Shown: positions 9,919 through 18,694 of the stretch, piece by piece
How the letters are laid out: every line of letters begins with the position of its first letter
How positions within the stretch are numbered: position 1 is the first letter of the stretch
Assembly: GCA_965279525.1 (NCBI GenBank)
Contig: CBDIIB010000002.1
Coordinates: forward strand, 320,001 to 384,000
Length of the DNA: 64,000 nt
Reading direction: 5' to 3'
Source of the DNA: Tagaea sp.
GTDB taxonomy: Bacteria > Pseudomonadota > Alphaproteobacteria > CACIAM-22H2
Program-made: the position numbers and the translations under genes
The notes under the pieces: model-generated
What the model was told of the DNA's origin: nothing
Seen by the model: the letters and a program-made list of their open reading frames with translations, nothing else
The model's database searches: none

Positions 9919-11964
9919 ATGGCCGAGCCAGCCAATGCCGTCGAGCCGGAAGCGATAGAAAAGGCGCCTGCCGGGCTGTCGGGCCCAAGCGTCGCGCTGG
10001 GCAACCGCTTCTCGATTTTTCCCGCCACGCCGATTGCCGAGATGTCGTCGGCGACGGTGCGCGCCTATGCCGCGACCGACACGCGCGATCCGGGCCTGGC
10101 GCGCGTTGCCCTCGTGTGCGGCAACGAGCTTCCTGCGCGCCTCGAAGGCGCCAAGGCGATGAAGTCGATCGACCGGCCGGGGCTGCTGCGGCTCTACGAT
10201 TTCGGCCTCGTCGACTGGCCCGGCGCCTCGGGCAAGCGTCTTGCGCTCATCTACGACTTTCCCGAAGGCGGCCCGCTGTGGAACCGGACGGGTCCGCGCG
10301 ACGAGTGGACGCCGCCCAGGATCATCGGCCACGTGCTGGGCCCGCTTGCCGGCGCGCTCTCGGAGATGTTCCTGCGCAACGTGATCCACCGCTCGGTGCG
10401 CCCGCAGAACCTCTTCTGGCTCGACCAGGCGCGCACGCGTGTGGTGCTGGGGCCGTGCCTTGCGGTTCCGCCCGGCTACGACCAGCCGGCCGCCTTCGAG
10501 CCGATCGAGGGGGCGATGGCCGATCCGGAAGCGCGCGGCGAAGGATCGCGCGCCGACGACATGTTCGCGCTCGGCATGACCGCGATGGCCTTCGCGCAGG
10601 GTTCGATGCCCGCCACCGGGCTCGAACCCCACGAGGCGATCTCGCGGCGCATCGAGCATGGCTCGTTCGACGTCTATGCCGATATTCACCAGCTGCCCGC
10701 CGTGCTGATGGACGCCATGCGCGGCCTGACGAACGACTGGGAAGGCGACCGCTGGACGGTCGAGATGCTGCGCGGCTGGATTTCCGGCCAGCGCCAGCAG
10801 ATGTCGTATACGGCACCGCCCCTCCTGCGCTCTGCGATCGGCTACCGGTTCGCCGGGCGCGAGTACAAGAACGCGCGCGACCTTGCACACAATCTCGGCG
10901 TCCGCTGGGAGCAGGCCGCGCGCGAGCTTCGCAACGGCAACATCGCCATGTGGGTACGCAACACGCTGGGCGACCAGAAGCTGCACGACCGCATCCAGGC
11001 AGCCGTCAACGAGCCTGCCGGCGACCCCGATCCGGCCTTCAACGACGCGACCATCGTCGCGCGCGTGTGCATCCTGCTCGATCCGATGGCGCCGATCCGC
11101 TTCCGCGGCCACTCGATCACGCTCGACGGGTTCGGCAGCGCGCTGGCGGCGGCCATGCGCAAGCCCGGCATGAGCCAGGTCTATATCGACCTGATCCGCG
11201 CACGCCTGCCGGGCGCATGGGCGCACCATCACAAGATGGCCGGCGGCAAGCACGCCCCGCCCAACGGCTTCGTCGAGCGGCTGTCGAAATGGATCGACGA
11301 TCCGGCACCGGGCAACGGCATCGAGCGCTGCCTCTACGAGCTCAACCCCAACCTGCCGTGCTTCTCGGAAATGGCGGCCGGGCTTTGGATCTCCGAGCCC
11401 GATCACGTTCTCGAAGCGCTCGAATCGACCGCCGGCTCCAACCGCAAGCCGATCGACCGCCACATCGCCGCGTTCCTCGCCGTGCACGCCGGTGCCGATC
11501 CGGGGCAGATCAAGGCGCTGATGAATCCCGAACAGGTGGACGTGCAGGGCGGGCTTTCGATCCTGCGCCTGCTCGCCGAGTTGCAGGAGAAGTTCGGGCC
11601 CCCGTCGGTGCCGAAACTCACGGCATGGTGTGCCGGGCTCGTGCGCCGGTTCGTCGACGAGATCAATCACCTCCCATTGCGCGCCGCCCAGCTCATGCGG
11701 CTCAACAAGGTCGCGGAATCGGGCGATCTGGCGGAACTCCTCGACCTCGTCGACAACGAGAAGATGCGCGAAGCCGACAGTCGGGGCTTCGACGCCGCGC
11801 GCGAATCGTATGTGAATGCCGAAGTCGAGATCATCGAGATCCGGAACGGCGGAGCGGCGCGAGCGGAAGCCGCTCGGCGCGACGGAAAGGAGGCCGCGGC
11901 AATCGCGGCCGCATGCCTGTCCGGCGTCATCGGGGTCAGCGCCCTCGTGCTGAAGCTTCTCTGA
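9919..11964 (+). CDS. Ser/Thr kinase-like (pseudokinase) protein with C-terminal membrane anchor, copy 1
   Basis: IHRSVRPQN catalytic-loop-like motif lacking Asp; DMFALG (subdomain IX); hydrophobic C-terminus. Confidence 0.8.
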   Translation: MAEPANAVEPEAIEKAPAGLSGPSVALGNRFSIFPATPIAEMSSATVRAYAATDTRDPGLARVALVCGNELPARLEGAKAMKSIDRPGLLRLYDFGLVDWPGASGKRLALIYDFPEGGPLWNRTGPRDEWTPPRIIGHVLGPLAGALSEMFLRNVIHRSVRPQNLFWLDQARTRVVLGPCLAVPPGYDQPAAFEPIEGAMADPEARGEGSRADDMFALGMTAMAFAQGSMPATGLEPHEAISRRIEHGSFDVYADIHQLPAVLMDAMRGLTNDWEGDRWTVEMLRGWISGQRQQMSYTAPPLLRSAIGYRFAGREYKNARDLAHNLGVRWEQAARELRNGNIAMWVRNTLGDQKLHDRIQAAVNEPAGDPDPAFNDATIVARVCILLDPMAPIRFRGHSITLDGFGSALAAAMRKPGMSQVYIDLIRARLPGAWAHHHKMAGGKHAPPNGFVERLSKWIDDPAPGNGIERCLYELNPNLPCFSEMAAGLWISEPDHVLEALESTAGSNRKPIDRHIAAFLAVHAGADPGQIKALMNPEQVDVQGGLSILRLLAELQEKFGPPSVPKLTAWCAGLVRRFVDEINHLPLRAAQLMRLNKVAESGDLAELLDLVDNEKMREADSRGFDAARESYVNAEVEIIEIRNGGAARAEAARRDGKEAAAIAAACLSGVIGVSALVLKLL

Positions 11965-12452
11965 TGGCCAAGAAACCCAAAACCGTCGCTCCGGGGCGCA
12001 ACCCCGTCACGGCCGCGACGTCGGCGGCGGGCGTCCTTTCGGTCATCGCGTGGCTCGCCTGGAACGTGCCGTGGCTCTGGCTGTTCGTCGTGGCAGGCCT
12101 GATGCCGACGATCGCCGCCTATATCGCGGACTCGACCCGGGAGAAGAACGAAGCGGTTGCCGTGGGCACGCTCAGCGTCAGCGCGATGCTTCCGTTCATG
12201 CTCGACGGACTCATGCAGGCCAGCCAGTCGGCGGGGCGCGACATTCTGGGCAGTCCCTTCGCGTGGTTCGCGGTCTATGCGGCGGCGCTGTTCGCCTACG
12301 CGATTAGCTGGGCATTTCCGAATTCCTTGAATACGATTTACGAAGCGCGGGCCAAGGCGCGCATGCGCCAACTCCTGCGCCATCAGCAGAATCTTGTCGC
12401 CGAATGGGGCGAGAGGGTGCGCGACGAATTCCCGGGGCGGGGCGGCGCCTAG
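11964..12452 (+). CDS. Multi-pass membrane protein, copy 1
   Basis: TGATG overlap with the upstream gene; about 4 hydrophobic segments; ends QQNLVAEWG. Confidence 0.8.
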   Translation: MAKKPKTVAPGRNPVTAATSAAGVLSVIAWLAWNVPWLWLFVVAGLMPTIAAYIADSTREKNEAVAVGTLSVSAMLPFMLDGLMQASQSAGRDILGSPFAWFAVYAAALFAYAISWAFPNSLNTIYEARAKARMRQLLRHQQNLVAEWGERVRDEFPGRGGA

Positions 12453-12513
12453 GCGCAGGCCTTCCGGCAGGCGGTGGCCGGATCCAATTGATAATATAGG
12501 CAATTTGGCCTAG

Positions 12514-12546
12514 TTAACGGTTTGTGAATCCTTAACGGTGTAGACT
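12514..12546 (+). promoter_or_regulatory. Candidate CtrA-type promoter, copy 2
   Basis: TTAA-CGGTTTG-TGAA, extra TTAAC half-site, GANTC site, then TAGACT. Confidence 0.45.
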
Positions 12547-12609
12547 TCGTGTGCTCTTGCCGTGCCTTCGATTCGAAGGTCCGGCGACGAGAGGAGAAAC
12601 CGTCCGTTC

Positions 12610-14652
12610 ATGGCCGAGCCAGCCAACATCATCGAGCCGGAAGACAAGGAAGCACCCGCTGGTCCGTCGGGCCCGAGCGTCGCGCTGGGCAACCGCTTCC
12701 AGATCTTCCCCTCGACGCCGATCACCGAGATGTCGTCGGCGACGGTGCGCGCCTATGTGGCGACCGACACGCGCGATCCGGGCTTGCCGCGCGTGGCGCT
12801 GGTCTGCAGCAACGAGCTGCCCGCGCGCCTCGAAGGCGCCAAGGCGATGAAGTCGATCGACCGGCCGGGGCTTCTGCGGCTCTACGATTTCGGCCTCGTC
12901 GACTGGCCGGGCACCACGGGCAAGCGCCTGGCGCTCATCTACGACTTTCCCGAAGGCGGCCCGCTGTGGAACCAGTCGGGCCCGCGCGATGCGTGGACGC
13001 CACCCAAGATCATCAGCCATCTCATCAGCCCGCTCGCCGGCGCGCTCGCCGAGATGTTCCTGCGCAACGTGATCCATCGCGCGGTGCGCCCGCAGAACCT
13101 GTACTGGCTCGACCAGGCGCGCACGCGCGTGGTGCTGGGGCCGTGCCTTGCCGTTCCGCCCGGCTACGACCAGCCGGCCGCCCTCGAGCCGATCGAGGGG
13201 GCGATGGCCGATCCGGAAGCGCGCGGCGAAGGATCGCGCGCCGACGACATGTTCGCGCTCGGCATGACGGTGATGGCCTTCGCGCAGGGCTCGATGCCCG
13301 GCGGCGGCCTCGATCCCGAGGAGGCGATCTCGCGGCGCATCGAACGCAGCTCGTTCGACACCTTCGCCGACATGAACAAGCTGCCCGCCGTGCTGATGGA
13401 CGCCATGCGCGGCCTGACGAACGACTGGGAAGGCGACCGCTGGACGGTCGAGATGCTGCGCGGCTGGATCGACGGCAAGCGCCAGCAGACCACGCAGACC
13501 GTGCCGCCGCTGCTGCGCGCGGCGAAGGGCTTCAGGTTCGGCGGGCGCGAGTACAAGAACGCGCGCGATCTGGCGCACGGCATGGGCAAGCGCTGGGAGA
13601 CCGCCGCGCGCGAGCTGCGCAACGGCAACATCGCCATGTGGGTGCGCAACACGCTGGGCGACCAGAAGCTGCACGACCGCATCCAGGCAGCCGTCAACGA
13701 GCCGACGGGCGATCCCAACCCGACCTTCAACGACGCGACCATCGTCGCGCGCGCGTGCATCCTGCTCGATCCGATGGCGCCGGTTCGGTTCCGCGGCTAT
13801 TCGGTCACGCTCGACGGGCTGGGCAACGCGCTCGCCGCCGCCATGCGCAAGCCCGGCATGGGCCCGATCTACGCCGACATGATCCGCGCGCGCGTGCTGG
13901 GCGCCTGGACCCATTTCCACAAGATGGCCGGCGGCAAGCACCATCCGCCCAACGGCTTCGTCGAGCGGCTGTCGAAATGGATCGACGATCCGGCACCCGG
14001 CAACGGCATCGAGCGCTGCCTCTACGAGCTCAACCCCAACCTGCCGTGCTTCTCGGAAATGGCGGCCGGGCTTTGGATCTCCGAGCCCGATCACGTTCTC
14101 GAAGCGCTCGAGGCGGCCGCCGGCTCCAGTCGCAAGCCGATCGACCGCCACATCGCCGCGTTCCTCGCCGTGCACGCCGGTGCCGATCCGGGGCAGATCA
14201 AGGCGCTGATGAATCCCGAGCAGGTGGACGTGCAGGGCGGGCTTTCGATCCTACGCCTGCTCGCCGAGTTGCAGGAGAAGTTCGGGCCCCCGTCGGTGCC
14301 GAAACTCACGGCATGGTGTGCCGGACTCGTGCGCCAGTTCGTCGACGGCCTGCGCCATCTGCCGCTGCGCCAGTCGCAGATCGGCCAGCTCAACAAGGTC
14401 TCCGAGGAGGGCGATCTCAAGCAGCTTCTCGACCTCGTCGACAACGAGAAGATGCGCGAGGTCGACAACTGGGGCTTCGATGCCGCCAAGGAAGCCTACG
14501 CCGCCGCCGAAATCGAGATCGTCGAACTGCGCAACGGTGCCAAGATTCGCACCGCCTATGCGCTGCGCACCGGCAAGGAGACGGCCGCCCTCACCGCGGC
14601 GAGCCTGTCGGGCGTGGTCGGCATCGGCTCGCTGCTGCTGAGGCTCCTCTGA
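12610..14652 (+). CDS. Ser/Thr kinase-like (pseudokinase) protein, copy 2
   Basis: Near-identical paralog of 9919-11964; IHRAVRPQN. Confidence 0.8.
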   Translation: MAEPANIIEPEDKEAPAGPSGPSVALGNRFQIFPSTPITEMSSATVRAYVATDTRDPGLPRVALVCSNELPARLEGAKAMKSIDRPGLLRLYDFGLVDWPGTTGKRLALIYDFPEGGPLWNQSGPRDAWTPPKIISHLISPLAGALAEMFLRNVIHRAVRPQNLYWLDQARTRVVLGPCLAVPPGYDQPAALEPIEGAMADPEARGEGSRADDMFALGMTVMAFAQGSMPGGGLDPEEAISRRIERSSFDTFADMNKLPAVLMDAMRGLTNDWEGDRWTVEMLRGWIDGKRQQTTQTVPPLLRAAKGFRFGGREYKNARDLAHGMGKRWETAARELRNGNIAMWVRNTLGDQKLHDRIQAAVNEPTGDPNPTFNDATIVARACILLDPMAPVRFRGYSVTLDGLGNALAAAMRKPGMGPIYADMIRARVLGAWTHFHKMAGGKHHPPNGFVERLSKWIDDPAPGNGIERCLYELNPNLPCFSEMAAGLWISEPDHVLEALEAAAGSSRKPIDRHIAAFLAVHAGADPGQIKALMNPEQVDVQGGLSILRLLAELQEKFGPPSVPKLTAWCAGLVRQFVDGLRHLPLRQSQIGQLNKVSEEGDLKQLLDLVDNEKMREVDNWGFDAAKEAYAAAEIEIVELRNGAKIRTAYALRTGKETAALTAASLSGVVGIGSLLLRLL

Positions 14653-15143
14653 TGGCCAAGAAACCCAAGCCGAAGAAATCCACCGAACGCAGCCCGATGA
14701 CGCTGGCCACTGCCGGCGTGGGCGTGCTCGCGGTGCTGGCGTGGCTCGGCTGGAACGTGCCATGGCTGTGCCTGTTCGTCGTCGCCGGCATGCTGCCCAC
14801 GCTCGCCGCCGCCGTCACCGATCCTTCGCGCGAGAAGCACGACGCCATTGCCGTGGGCACGCTCAGTGCCGGCGCCATGCTGCCCTTCCTGCTCGACGGG
14901 CTCGCGTCGGCCGGGCGCACCGGCGGGCGCGAGATCCTCGGCAACCCGTTCGCATGGTTCTCGGTCTATGCCGCGGCCGTGTTCGCCTACGCGCTGTGCT
15001 GGCTCTTCCCGCTCGTCGTCAATTCCATCTACGAGAACCGGGCCGAGGCGCGTCTGCGCCAGCTCCAGCGCCGCCAGCAGAACCTGATCGCCGAATGGGG
15101 CGACGGCGTGCGCGAGGAACCGCCGGTCAACAGCCAGAACTGA
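14652..15143 (+). CDS. Multi-pass membrane protein, copy 2
   Basis: TGATG overlap; paralog of 11964-12452; ends QQNLIAEWG. Confidence 0.8.
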   Translation: MAKKPKPKKSTERSPMTLATAGVGVLAVLAWLGWNVPWLCLFVVAGMLPTLAAAVTDPSREKHDAIAVGTLSAGAMLPFLLDGLASAGRTGGREILGNPFAWFSVYAAAVFAYALCWLFPLVVNSIYENRAEARLRQLQRRQQNLIAEWGDGVREEPPVNSQN

Positions 15144-15189
15144 TCAGCGGCCTTTGGCCGCGTCCCGATCAGCGGCCTTTGGCCGCGTC
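15142..15189. repeat. 23-bp tandem direct repeat of the rpoH 3' end
   Basis: GATCAGCGGCCTTTGGCCGCGTC at 15142-15164 and 15167-15189. Confidence 0.85.
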
Positions 15190-16047
15190 GGCCTTGACGG
15201 CCTTCTGCAGCTTCTCGAAAGCGCGGACTTCGATCTGGCGAACGCGCTCGCGGCTGATGCCGTGCTTCTGCGCGAGGTCTTCCAGGCGTGCCGGGTCGTC
15301 GGTCAGGCGCCGCTCGACGAGGATCGCGCGCTCGCGCGCGTTGAGTGTGGCCAGCGCCTTCTCGAGCAGTGCCCGGCGCCGGCGCGCTTCCTGGTCGTCG
15401 GCAAGCTTGATTTCCTGGCTGGCCGTCTCGTCGACGAGCCAGTCCTGCCATTCGCCCCCGCCTTCGCCGTCGCCGCGGACAGGCGCGTTGAGCGAGCCGT
15501 CCGGGCCGGCGAGCCGGCGGTTCATGTCGACCACGTCCTGCTCGGGCACGTTGAGATCGGTCGCGATCTTCGCCACCGCTTCGGGCGGCAGGTCGCCGTC
15601 GTCGATCTGCTTCATCTGTCCCTTGAGCCGGCGCAGGTTGAAGAACAGCTTCTTCTGCGCTGCGGTCGTACCCATCTTCACGAGCGACCAGGAATGCAGG
15701 ATGTACTCCTGGATCGACGCGCGGATCCACCACATCGCGTAGGTCGCGAGGCGGAAACCGCGCTCGGGCTCGAAGCGGCGTACCGCCTGCATCATGCCCA
15801 CATTGCCTTCCGAGATGAGATCCGAGACCGGAAGGCCATAGCCGCGATAACCCATCGCGATCTTGGCGACGAGCCGCAGATGCGAGGTGACGAGGCGGTG
15901 GGCGGCGTCCGTGTCGTTGCGCTCGCGCCACGCCTTGGCAAGCATGTACTCCTCGTCGGGGGCCAGCATCGGGAACTTGCGCACCTCGTCGAGATAGCGG
16001 CGCAGGCTGCCTTCATTGCTGGGGGCGGGCAGGTTCTTTGCCGTCAT
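15169..16047 (-). CDS. rpoH: RNA polymerase sigma-32 factor
   Basis: SHLRLVAKIAMGYRGYGLP, RpoH box QKKLFFNLR, ISRERVRQIE. Confidence 0.96.
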   Translation of the reverse strand: MTAKNLPAPSNEGSLRRYLDEVRKFPMLAPDEEYMLAKAWRERNDTDAAHRLVTSHLRLVAKIAMGYRGYGLPVSDLISEGNVGMMQAVRRFEPERGFRLATYAMWWIRASIQEYILHSWSLVKMGTTAAQKKLFFNLRRLKGQMKQIDDGDLPPEAVAKIATDLNVPEQDVVDMNRRLAGPDGSLNAPVRGDGEGGGEWQDWLVDETASQEIKLADDQEARRRRALLEKALATLNARERAILVERRLTDDPARLEDLAQKHGISRERVRQIEVRAFEKLQKAVKADAAKGR

Positions 16048-17033
16048 CGCCGCATGCCCAGATGCTTTGCCTGCAACGCGAGCCGGGCACGCAGGGCTTC
16101 GAGATCGTCCGCGAAGGGCCGCTCGAAGCGCAGCCTTTCGCCCGTCTCCGGATGCTCGAAGCCCAGCACGAACGCGTCGAGTGCCTGGCGCGGGAAGGCG
16201 GCCATCGTGGCATCCAGCGGGTCGGCCGGCGTGCGCGGCTTGCGCCCGTACGTGGCGTCACCCACCAGCGGGCAGCCCAGGCCCGTCAGGTGAACGCGGA
16301 TCTGGTGCGTGCGACCCGTGGCCAGTCTGCACTCGACCAGTGCCGCGCGATCCGAGAAGCGTTCGAGCGTGCGATAGTGCGTGCGCGCGGCCTTGCCGCC
16401 CGAAGACACGATCGCCATTTTCTTGCGATTGCGTGGATCGCGGCCGATGGCGCCCTCGATGTCGCCCTCGGCCGGGCGCGGCACGCCGCGCACGATGGCC
16501 GCATAGAGGCGTTCCACGTCGTGACGCGCGAACTGGGCGGCGAGATGGCGGTGCGCGCGGTCGTGCTTGGCGGCAACCATCAGGCCGCTCGTGTCCTTGT
16601 CGAGCCGGTGGACGATACCCGGCCGCTCGACTCCCCCGATGCCCGACAGCGAGCCGCGGCAATGTGCCAGAAGCGCGTTGACCAGCGTTCCGCCGGCGTT
16701 GCCGGGGGCCGGATGGACGACGAGGCCGGCCGGCTTGTCGATCACGATGAGATGCGCGTCCTCGAACACGACGGCTAGGGCGATATCCTGCGCTTCCTGG
16801 TGGGCCGCGCGCGCGGCAGGTATGTCGATCTCGATCGGATCGCCCGCTTTGACCTTGCGCGAAGGCTCCGTTATCGTCGCGCCCGCGACACGGACCCGGC
16901 CTTCCTCGATCAGCGCCTTCAGGCGGCTGCGCGACAGTCCGGCCGGATGCAGTGCCGCCAGCGCACGGTCGAGCCGTTCGCCCGCCAACCCGGGCGGCAC
17001 GCGCGTCTCGAAACTCTCGGAGCCGGATTCCAT
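16044..17033 (-). CDS. rluD: RluA-family pseudouridine synthase (RluD-like)
   Basis: S4 domain; IDKPAGLVVHP, GIVHRLDKDTSG and TGRTHQIRVH motifs. Confidence 0.9.
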   Translation of the reverse strand: MESGSESFETRVPPGLAGERLDRALAALHPAGLSRSRLKALIEEGRVRVAGATITEPSRKVKAGDPIEIDIPAARAAHQEAQDIALAVVFEDAHLIVIDKPAGLVVHPAPGNAGGTLVNALLAHCRGSLSGIGGVERPGIVHRLDKDTSGLMVAAKHDRAHRHLAAQFARHDVERLYAAIVRGVPRPAEGDIEGAIGRDPRNRKKMAIVSSGGKAARTHYRTLERFSDRAALVECRLATGRTHQIRVHLTGLGCPLVGDATYGRKPRTPADPLDATMAAFPRQALDAFVLGFEHPETGERLRFERPFADDLEALRARLALQAKHLGMRR

Positions 17034-17072
17034 GCCGAACTTGGTACCCGACATGCACGCACAAATCCACCC

Positions 17073-17390
17073 ATGCGCGCACTGAAAGCGGTTGTTCTGG
17101 CGCTCGGCACGCTGTGCCTGGGCGCTTTCGGCTTTCTCGTCTATCTCGTCGTCGCGGGCATGGGCGGTCCGGCCGGGCGGCCGACAGCGCCGCCGGTTGC
17201 CGTCGCCGCCGGTGGCGCCCCGGGCACGATCGCCCTGGACCTTCCGCCTGGTTCGCAGATCGTGTCGATCGCCGCCGCCGGCGAACTGCTTGCCATCCAT
17301 GTCCGCGCGCCCGACGGCCCCGACCACGTCGTCGTCGTCGATCCGCGCACCGGTGCGGTGCGCATGAATGTTTCCCAGAGGGCTCCATGA
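17073..17390 (+). CDS. Small membrane-anchored hypothetical protein
   Basis: N-terminal hydrophobic helix; ATGA overlap with the aldolase gene. Confidence 0.7.
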   Translation: MRALKAVVLALGTLCLGAFGFLVYLVVAGMGGPAGRPTAPPVAVAAGGAPGTIALDLPPGSQIVSIAAAGELLAIHVRAPDGPDHVVVVDPRTGAVRMNVSQRAP

Positions 17391-18421
17391 ACTTCGCGTC
17401 CGACAACACGGCACCCATGCATCCGCGAGTTCTCGAGGCGATCGGCCGCGCCAACGCGGGCACCGCGATGCCCTATGGCAACGATCCGTTGGCTGCGGGC
17501 GTCGAGAAGCGCATCGCCGAGCTGTTCGGCCGTCCGTGCGCGGTCTTCCTCGTGTCGACCGGTACCGCCGCCAACGCGCTGTCGATCGCCGCCGCGTGTC
17601 CGCCGTGGGGTGCGGTCTACTGCCATCCGGAAGCGCATGTCGACGACGACGAGTGCGGCGCGCCCGAATTCTACACGGGCGGCGCCAAGCTTGTCGGCGT
17701 GGAAGGCGCGCATGGCAAGCTCGATGCCGCCGGCCTCGATGCGGCCCTCGGTGCCGCGGGCAAGGGGAGCGTCCATCACGTGCAGCCGGCCGTGCTATCG
17801 CTCACCAACGCGACCGAGGCGGGGACAGTCTACACGCCGGCCGAGACCGCGGCACTGGCCGAGGTGGCGCACCGCCATGGTCTCAAGGTGCATGTCGACG
17901 GGGCGCGTTTTGCAAACGCGCTCGTCTCTCTCGGCTGCGATGCGGCCGACGCGACGTGGAAGGCCGGGGTCGACATCCTGTCGTTCGGCGCCACCAAGAA
18001 CGGCTGCATGGCGGCCGAAGCGATCGTCGTGTTCGATCCCGTCCTTGCCGAGACGCTCGCCTTCCGGCGCAAGCGCGCGGGGCACCTTTTCTCGAAGATG
18101 CGCTTCCTCGCCGCCCAGATGGACGCCTATCTCGGCGGTGGTCTGTGGCTGGAACTCGCCCGCCATTCGAACGCGATGGCCGGGCGCCTTGCCGCCGGCC
18201 TGCAGGCGCTGCCAGGGGCAAGGCTCGTCCACCGCGTCGAGGCGAACGAGATCTTCATCGAACTGCCCGAAAAGGCGATTGCCGCGACAGAGGCGGCCGG
18301 CTACCGGAGCTATCGCTGGTTCGGGCCGGGAACGCAGACGCTGCGTCTCGTCGCGGCATGGTCCTCGACGCCCGAAGACGTCGATGGGTTCATCAAAACA
18401 GCCCGTTCCGCGCTTGCTTGA
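17387..18421 (+). CDS. Low-specificity L-threonine aldolase
   Basis: MNFASDN, GTAAN, HVDGARFANA and SFGATKNG motifs. Confidence 0.93.
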   Translation: MNFASDNTAPMHPRVLEAIGRANAGTAMPYGNDPLAAGVEKRIAELFGRPCAVFLVSTGTAANALSIAAACPPWGAVYCHPEAHVDDDECGAPEFYTGGAKLVGVEGAHGKLDAAGLDAALGAAGKGSVHHVQPAVLSLTNATEAGTVYTPAETAALAEVAHRHGLKVHVDGARFANALVSLGCDAADATWKAGVDILSFGATKNGCMAAEAIVVFDPVLAETLAFRRKRAGHLFSKMRFLAAQMDAYLGGGLWLELARHSNAMAGRLAAGLQALPGARLVHRVEANEIFIELPEKAIAATEAAGYRSYRWFGPGTQTLRLVAAWSSTPEDVDGFIKTARSALA

Positions 18422-18464
18422 TTCGCGCGCTGCGATGGGCTAAACCCTCGCTTCGTCGCAGCGG

Positions 18465-18540
18465 GTCCCCATCGTCTAGAGGCCCAGGACGGCACCCTCT
18501 CACGGTGCAGACCGGGGTTCGAATCCCCGTGGGGACGCCA
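18465..18540 (+). tRNA. tRNA-Glu (anticodon CTC)
   Basis: 76 nt; acceptor GTCCCCA/TGGGGAC, anticodon arm GCACC-CTCTCAC-GGTGC, GTTCGAATC T-loop, CCA end. Confidence 0.97.
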
Positions 18541-18694
18541 GCGCAGAAAGCTTTATTTTTTTGCAATAATTCCAATAACTTATTTAGCATTCGAATTTTC
18601 GTCCATACAGCCAGTCCACACAGCCAACTTACGCATTACATTTACGCAGGACTAATCTTCTGCTGCCTTGCACGAGCAAGCAGTTACTCAACGA

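Noticed and set aside
9864-11963. 862/864-aa ORFs (9864-12452, 12549-15143) suggesting frameshifted fusions
   Set aside because: Arg-rich off-frame sequence; only the 3' parts starting at the TGATG overlaps are protein-like
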